DNA from: Octopus vulgaris
Taxonomy: Eukaryota
Direction of reading: 5' to 3'
Length of the DNA: 64,000 bases
NCBI GenBank assembly: GCA_951406725.2
Contig: OX597819.1
Location: 51,522,001-51,586,000, forward strand
The translations under genes and the position numbers were made by a program. Numbering within the stretch: the first letter of the stretch is position 1; every line of letters starts with the position of its first letter. Positions 55,702-64,000 of this stretch are shown here, piece by piece. Under the pieces are notes generated by a model, which saw only the letters and a list, made by a program, of their open reading frames with translations, made no database searches and had not been told where the DNA came from.

Positions 55702-56582
55702 CGAGATCTGATCAATAAGTATTCGGACTGTGGCCACAGTAACGAATCTAATGCACGCAGTGTAAAGCCACTTGGTACAGATTGACCTTGAGCTCTGCTG
55801 TGTATGCGCACTGAGTTTTAACGTCCTTGCTCACTTCCGCTGTTTACTGCGGTGTTTTTGGAAGGAAGGTGTGTAGAGTGTGAACGTCACATTGACCAGG
55901 ATAGAAAAAGTTGTCATGGCGATACCTGCTCAGAGATCAACCGAAAGTTGCAGAAAGTGTATGGATAGGAATGTATCAGCCGCACATAAGTGTGTGAGTG
56001 GTTCAGATGTTTCCAAGATGGCCGAAAAATGCGGATATTGACGAACGTTCTGGGAGACCTGCAACCATTAGAACTGAGAAAAACATTCCAGATGTGCATG
56101 TAGCTGTGAGGGGAAATCGTCGAGTCACCATCCATGAGTTATCAGAGGATGTGCAGTTAGTTACGGTTCAGTTCAGTCCATTATCACTGAAGATTTGTAT
56201 ATGAGATGCTTGTCTGCTAAGTTTGTGCCAAAACTTCTTTCGGCTAACCGGAAAAACGCTCGAGTTTCACTTGCACAAGATCTCCTTGATTGTGTCAAGA
56301 ACGATAAACACTTTTTGAAAACTTTGCAGGTATTGCCAAGCTTTTGGCAAAATTTGATGCAGATTCTCTGCTCAACTTTCTCTCTCATGGTCAATACGAT
56401 GATCACACTCTACACACCTTCCTTCCAAGCACTGCTGTAAATAGCAGCAGTGAGCTAGGACGTTAAAACTTAGAGCACATGCACAGCAATGTTCACAGTC
56501 AATCTATGCCAAGCGGCTTTACTCTGCGTGCTTTAGCTTCGTTACTATGTCAACAGTCCTGATACTTATTGATCAGACCTCG
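55702..56582 (+). mobile_element. mariner-derived non-autonomous element with two left ends (inverted arms over 200 bp)
   Basis: Ends CGAG(A/G)TCTGATCAATAAGTAT. Interior gives the transposase N-terminus (EWFRCF, ERSGRP, NRRVT, SAKFVPKLL). The right arm encodes EQRICIKFC on the minus strand. Confidence 0.88.
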
Positions 56583-57319
56583 CATTTGTGTGGACAATAT
56601 AGTTGCATATCTCGACCCCAATTATTCATTGATATTTGATTTTACGATTCCGTAAAGATTAAAAGAAAATAGTTGATCTTATTCAAAATCTGAGCGGAAA
56701 CAGATGCAAATAAATACAGTAGTACATTATGTCTGGCTCCACCAATTTTGCCAGATGAAGGAATTCATATTCATCGCATACATTTTATCAATCTGTAATG
56801 GAAAAAGAAATATATATCATGACACATTTGCCCTAAACAATCAAACTATGAACTAGAGTCCATAAGCGGTATTTATCCAAATCTTTTTCCAAATTTGCTC
56901 AATATTCTAGGATAGTACTCGGCAAATTTCAGATTCTTTTGAGATTTACATGTTTTATAAAGTAAAGCTGTACGGCTAGCTATCATAGACAAATGTATTT
57001 ATCTTAGTAACATGTACCATGCTTCACTAAATGGTTTCGATCGGTGCCTATGTAATAGTTAGCAGCAAGAGATGTATTTTCGGTCCTTCATCCTTGATCC
57101 AGCAGATGAAGAGAGGGAGTGCTGAAACAGTACTCGACAAGTACTCATTACAACTGAGCAAGGAGGAATGTTGGCGCGATCACCTAGCCGGAGTAGTGGT
57201 TTCATTCGAAAGCTTAAACGATGCATTGTGACAAGCGATGTGTAACAACATCGGATACTCTGGTCTGTCAAATGTCTGGTATGTTGATTTTTTCATTCAT
57301 TATAAATCTTGAATTATGC

Positions 57320-57382
57320 TTGCACTGATGAGTAGAGAGTGCAAACCACTGCACTGATTACGAAATCCCAGGTGATCTGCAG
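57320..57382 (+). ncRNA. type I HHR with a canonical core
   Basis: TTGCA-CTGATGA-GTAG..AGTGCA(aaccac)TGCACT..TTAC-GAAA-TC(ccaggt)GA-TC^TGCAG. Confidence 0.78.
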
Positions 57383-57735
57383 CTGAATTCTGTTTTTAAA
57401 TGGCTTGCTTCGAGAGTTGCATTCGGTACGACATGTTTATTTATTTTAGTAGTTTTTACTTTAAGAGTCCTTCCTAGCGTGTGGCATTTATGTGTAATAA
57501 TTCCCTCTATATGCCCTCTAAATAATATAAATAAATATATTTAAGTGAAAAAATTGGTGGATTCTTTCTCTTATGGGGATTTACCAACCACACAAACACA
57601 CAAACACACACATATATATATGTGTATGTATGTATCTATGTATGTCTGTATATATATATACATTTATATACATATAACTAAATATATATATATGTACATA
57701 CGTACATATAAAAACATACGCACACACACTAACGT

Positions 57736-57774
<39 letters not shown>

Positions 57775-57927
57775 AGGAAATGTTTTATCATCACTGAAAG
57801 TGGCTGAGCGTGCTATAGCACCTATATTCCTAGAAATATAAGTTAAAAAAGCTTAATGCTTTCAGAAGAGCGCAATATATATATACTGGCAGATAGATTT
57901 AACCAAGCCATCGACTATTTGAATAGT

Positions 57928-57975
57928 CACTACTGATGAGGCCAACGAGATAAACGAAACTGGTTTAGTCTTGCA
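57928..57975 (+). ncRNA. decayed HHR in a pLTR-like fragment
   Basis: CTGATGA-G...C-GAAA-CTG(gtt)TAG-TC; helices I and II are mismatched. Downstream GCGATTATCTCCC is shared with the PLE 3' UTRs. Confidence 0.45.
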
Positions 57976-58014
57976 ATTTTAGAGACAATCATAGGGCGAT
58001 TATCTCCCCTGTCC

Positions 58015-58111
<97 letters not shown>

Positions 58112-58271
58112 TATTGCGTTCTTTTTACAGAATTAAGAGTGTTTAACTCTTAAGTTTAGCAATATAAGTGCTTCAGCCCATTCAGTCACATTTACTGGTG
58201 ATAAAATTTTGCCTTTATTATATTATATTGCACCTAGCTGTTTATGATAATTTATATAAAGATATATATAT

Positions 58272-58324
<53 letters not shown>

Positions 58325-58542
58325 ATACATATATACAATGGTATGTGTATATATGTATATGTAGTTGCGTATATGCATATATGTAAATGTGGTTACACGT
58401 ATACATATATATATACGTTAGTATACATATACAGAGAGGGAAAAAGAGAGTGAGAGAGACGGAGAGAGAAACACAGAGAATGAAGACAACGGATTTAGGA
58501 ATGTCATTGTTGAATAACATATATTCATATAGGTATATATGC

Positions 58543-58636
<94 letters not shown>

Positions 58637-59218
58637 ATGTGTATGCATACAAGTATATATGCAAATAAATATATATATATGTGTATATATGCATATATAT
58701 GTGTGTATATATATGTGTGTGTATATATATGTGTGTGTATGTATGTATGTATGTATGTATGTATGTATGTATGTATGTATGCATGCATGCATGAATGTAT
58801 GTATGTATGTATGTATGTATGTATATGTGTATGTATGCATGTATATTATCGAATTATTGATTTATCTGTCAAGCTATGTCTTTACAAACGCACGCAAATA
58901 TACGCACGCAGACTCACACATACACACACATGCACCCGTGGATACACGTACACACGCACACACACAAACGTACACACGCATGCGCACGCACTTATACATG
59001 CATACACATATTTACACCATTTAGCAACCCATACAATGGCGTATGGATTGAGTATTCTTTCTCTCGTTTACACACTTAAAAACGATGCCTATGTGTATGT
59101 GTTAGTATGTGCGTGTGAGCATGCGCTGCGTGAATGTGCGTGTTTGTGTGCATGTGCGTGTGCATGAGTGCGTGTGTGTATGTGTGTGTGTGTATATATA
59201 TATATATATGTATATACA

Positions 59219-59270
<52 letters not shown>

Positions 59271-59285
59271 TAAGTTGTGTGCGTT

Positions 59286-59318
<33 letters not shown>

Positions 59319-59336
59319 ATATTTGTGTGTTTGTAT

Positions 59337-59633
59337 GGAGGCACAATGCCCAGTGGTTAGGGCCGCGGACGCGCGGTTGTAGGATCGCGGTTTCGATTCC
59401 CAGACCAGGCGTTGTGAGTGTTTATTGACCAAAAACACCTAAAGCTCCACGAGCTCCGGTTGGTGGCGATCCCTGCTGTACTCTTTCGCCGCAACTTTCT
59501 CTCGCTCTTTCTTCTGTTGGCCTGCTCGCTTAGCCACGGGGTGGCGTCATTTCCAAGCTAAAACAATGCGCATTGTGACCAGGGATGTGTAGCAACATCT
59601 GATACCCTGGTCAATCACGGTGATCACGGTGAT
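59337..59633 (+). mobile_element. SINE with head C and tail F
   Basis: GGAGGCACAATGCCCAGTGGTTAGGG, GGTTTCGATTCCC; tail GCATTGTGACCAGGGATGTGTAGCAACATC...(CACGGTGAT)2. The tail alone also occurs at about 57200-57270. Confidence 0.88.
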
Positions 59634-59826
59634 ATATATATATAAATATATACGTACGTATATACACGCACACGGACATACGCGCGTGCACAAACACACG
59701 CGCGTGCACAAACACACACGTATATATATATATATATATTTATACGTGTGTATATACAGATATATATTTACGTACATACATGTACCAATATATCTGTAGA
59801 AAGCCAAATAGATAGATAGATAGATC

Positions 59827-59862
<36 letters not shown>

Positions 59863-59865
59863 TGC

Positions 59866-59897
<32 letters not shown>

Positions 59898-59920
59898 GTT
59901 TGTGTGTGTATGTATGCATG

Positions 59921-59993
<73 letters not shown>

Positions 59994-60312
59994 CATAGAT
60001 ATACGTATATGCATAAGACTAGTTGCAAACACAAATGCAAAAACTGAGAAAGAGGGGTGTGAATGAAAGTTAGGGGAGATGAAGAAGAGAGGAGTGTACA
60101 GGCGAGAAAGAAAACAAACAAACAAATATATGACTGTAAATAAATATAGATATACATAAATATTTAGGAATTCTTAAGAATATTCTCGTAAGTGAGAATA
60201 ATATATTTGAGTTTTTTATTTTTTAAATTGATTTAGCTGCTCATATTGACACATTTTATATAGATGCATGCATATACAATACACAAAAAGACCAGAACAC
60301 ATCGCCACAATG

Positions 60313-60366
<54 letters not shown>

Positions 60367-60392
60367 CATATATATATAGATAGATAGATACA

Positions 60393-60426
<34 letters not shown>

Positions 60427-60553
60427 AGTCAATGTATGTTTATACATATGTTGCATAAATGTGCTTATATATATACATTTATATTTATATATGAACATAT
60501 GCAAGTTAATGTATATGTATAAGTTTATATATATACATACATACATGCATATA

Positions 60554-60611
<58 letters not shown>

Positions 60612-60721
60612 TAGATATATATATATATATATATACATGTTTTATGAATTGATATATATGCGCACGTACAAATTCATATGCAAAAATTTTCATATAGCTA
60701 TATACATATACACTTACATTT

Positions 60722-60765
<44 letters not shown>

Positions 60766-60784
60766 CGTGTGTGTATACACTTAC

Positions 60785-60835
<51 letters not shown>

Positions 60836-61224
60836 CATATATATACGTGTCTGTATGTAAGTACGTATGCATATAAATCATACATACATACGTACGAAGC
60901 AAACAAATGGTAGCTGTTCGCATATAGATGATATATTTTAAAAGATATAAGATATGTGAGAAGAAGGCATTTTACGAAAGACAGATGCCAACCACCATTC
61001 ACACCTTCATCAAATCTACGCATTATATCTACACATCAAACAGATACTAAGAATACACTCAAGTACAGACACACTCATATTTTCTTGCACATCTATATAT
61101 TCGCGAATTCATTTCGCTAATGGAAAATACATTTTTTATGAATCTCTAGAAGATAGATGCACATACATATAATATAGATTCGCAAATACAATAATGCAAT
61201 ATACGGAAATATTCTTCTGATATA

Positions 61225-61343
<119 letters not shown>

Positions 61344-61545
61344 CATATATGTATGTATGTATATATATATGTATGTATATGAGAGTCGAGCGAAATTTCC
61401 CCTGCCATCCAGCATATAGACATATTGAGATAATGCAAAAAGTGAAGTTTATTTTCGCATCTTTATTCAACGGTATCCGTTTTAACCAATATTATATTCC
61501 GTGGTCGATCAATGCGCAGGTTTGTCGTTATGTGTATATGTATAT

Positions 61546-61620
<75 letters not shown>

Positions 61621-61632
61621 TATATATATATG

Positions 61633-61679
<47 letters not shown>

Positions 61680-62014
61680 CGATATATATTATGTTCATAT
61701 ATAGTTATAATATATATATATTATATGTGTATATATATATATATATATTTATATTCACACATACATATATGGATAGATAGATAAATACGTATATACATAC
61801 ATGTATATAAATACATTCATAGATACATATATATACATATGTATGTGATGTAAGTATGTATGGCGACGGAGTGAAGCGCCAGCTGCGCATAAATATATAA
61901 TTATACTCTACAATATGCATTGAAGACTTTTTCTCTCAGTTAACAAAAAAAATATTCAGAAAGAAGAATAGATATTTGTGTATCCATTTGTGTTCGTGTA
62001 CATATATTTATGTC

Positions 62015-62067
<53 letters not shown>

Positions 62068-62080
62068 GCGTGATTCTGTA

Positions 62081-62136
<56 letters not shown>

Positions 62137-62696
62137 CGTGCGTGTAGTGTGTAGTGTATGCGCTTGTCTATAATAAAATCATATTTATTGTTATTTAACC
62201 TGTCACTGAATGCTGAATGCGTATTTACTCTTTTCAAATGAAAAAAAATAATAATAATAATGATAACTTGTCAATATAAAACATTTCGTATACAAGATGG
62301 CACCAACATGAGCTTAGCAATTATGGTGGAAATTCACTAAAGATCGAACGAGAATAAAAGATATGAGTAACGTGTATGATTTGAACCCATACTCCAGTGC
62401 TGAACTCTTTTAGCGTACTGCTCTATACTACCGGCTGATTCGATAAATTCAACCTGAACTCAGTACTGCTGGGTAAAATTTAAAATAATATCTTGTGGTA
62501 TAATTGTTTCAAATCTCGACTCAGGGGCACCAAATTCTAAGGAAGGAGGGTTAATCAACAACATTTACCCCCTGGTAAGTTGTTTTATCCATCCACAAAA
62601 CTATGCTAAACAAAGCTGACTTAGGTGGGAACTAAATTCAGAACACAAAAAACCGGAACGAATATTGCCACGCAATACTATTCCAACACTCTAATA

Positions 62697-63537
62697 CAGG
62701 GATGCCCAACCTTTTTTTTTTATCTATGAACCCCTTTGATTACAATTTTATTCTGGTGCACCCTCATAGGCATTCCATATTTAAAAACTAGCTTTATTGA
62801 ATCTTTTTTCAAAATTTTTACACATTAACTTGTGTAGGTTGAACTATGTAAAATGTTGGAGAAAAGAAACCAAGCTGTTTCTTGCAATTCATATTAATAC
62901 ATATATTTAGAGCAAAATATTTTTAGGCACCCTTAAAATACATTTTTAGTAGCTTTAAGATTTCAGTGATGTAATACTCTCTCTCTCTCTTTAACTAATT
63001 TCAGTCATCTGACTGCTGTCATGCTGGAGCACCACCTTTAATCGAACAAATCGACCCCAGGATTTATACTTTGTAAGCCTAGTACTTATTCTATCGGTCT
63101 CTTTTGCCGAACCGCTCAATTACGGGGACGTAAACACACCACCATCGGTTGTAAGGCGATGGTGGGAGAACAAACAGAGACACACAAACATATACACACA
63201 TACATATTTATACATATATACGACGGGCTTCCTTCAGTTTCCGTCTCCCAAATCCACTCACACGTCTTTGGTCGGCCTGAGGCTATAGTAGAAGGCACAT
63301 GCCCAAGGTGCCACGCAGTGGGAATGAACCCAGAACCATGTGGTTGGTAAGCAAGGTACTTATCACACAGCCACTCCTGCGCCTTTGAAAATGATATTGT
63401 AGGGTAAGTGTGAGAGGCTGGATTTGGCTGGTTTAAATAGAGGGTTGAGAGACTACAATTTACTATTTTGTTGTACGGACCCTCAAAATCTTATATGGGC
63501 CCTCAGGGGTCATATGGGTCCCGGTCGAGAACAACTG
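62697..63537 (-). mobile_element. second hAT MITE copy with a nested SINE B
   Basis: TIRs CAGGGATGCCCAACC / GGTCGAGAACAACTG; TSD CTCTAATA/CTCTAATG; internal homology to 7677-8214. Confidence 0.8.
62990..63384 (-). mobile_element. full-length SINE family B
   Basis: Closely matches 31169-31619. Confidence 0.9.
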
Positions 63538-63614
63538 CTCTAATGATATGATTCTGCGAGCTCACCGCTATGCTTCATGGCATAATCATTTCTTCTATGA
63601 GTACAAACCCTGAC

Positions 63615-64000
63615 ATTTTTGTAGGAGTGGGGCAGTTGATCACAATACTCAACTGGTACTTGATTTATCGACTCCGAAAGTATGAAAGTTAAAGTTGACC
63701 TCGGCGAAATTTGAACTAAGAATCGTAAAAGCAGACTAAATGCCGCTAAGCTTTTTTATTCGGTGTGCTAACGATTCCGCCAGATCGTCGCATTGGTTTC
63801 AAATTTTGGCACAAGACCACCAAGTGCTGCTGAGGGTGTAAGTCGATTACATCGACCCCGGTGATCAACTGGTACTTATTTTATCGACCCCGAAAGTATA
63901 AAAGGTAAAGTGGACCTCGGTGGCATTTGAATTCAGGAGTTCAAGTCGGAAGAAATGCCGCTAAGCGTTTTAGTCCGGTGTAGTAACGATTTTGCCAGCT
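63615..64000 (-). mobile_element. two adjacent degenerate SINE family A copies
   Basis: ACTGGTACTT..TTTATCGAC.CCGAAAG...GACCTCGG...ATTTGAA..CCGCTAAGC occurs twice. Confidence 0.8.

Noticed and set aside
59337-59410. tRNA genes at SINE heads
   Set aside because: A and B boxes are present, but no convincing cloverleaf forms and the heads run on into SINE bodies.

Overview
AT-rich, microsatellite-saturated animal genomic DNA. The SINE, LINE and simple-repeat landscape strongly resembles an octopus (coleoid cephalopod) genome; this is an inference, not a database result. No host protein-coding gene is confidently visible, and most ORFs in the track are translations of (TA)n, (TG)n, (GATA)n or trinucleotide repeats. 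Recognisable content: three copies of a Neptune-type Penelope-like element (PLE; RT plus GIY-YIG) and two older PLE relics; a CR1-type LINE and fragments; a Tx1-type LINE embedded in (GATA)n; an RTE fragment; a maT/Tc1-mariner relic; a two-left-ended mariner derivative; two hAT MITEs; about 25 tRNA-derived SINEs with interchangeable heads and tails; a SINE-derived 34-bp minisatellite; and a 720-bp near-perfect palindrome. The most notable signal is a set of type I hammerhead ribozyme (HHR) motifs, most with a palindromic helix III and with covarying cores (C3-G8, U3-A8, G3-C8). One sits in a 360-bp-period non-coding element (11356-11936) whose 5' boundary falls within 1 nt of the predicted self-cleavage site, making it a candidate retrozyme mobilised by PLEs. 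All folds were made by eye and are untested.
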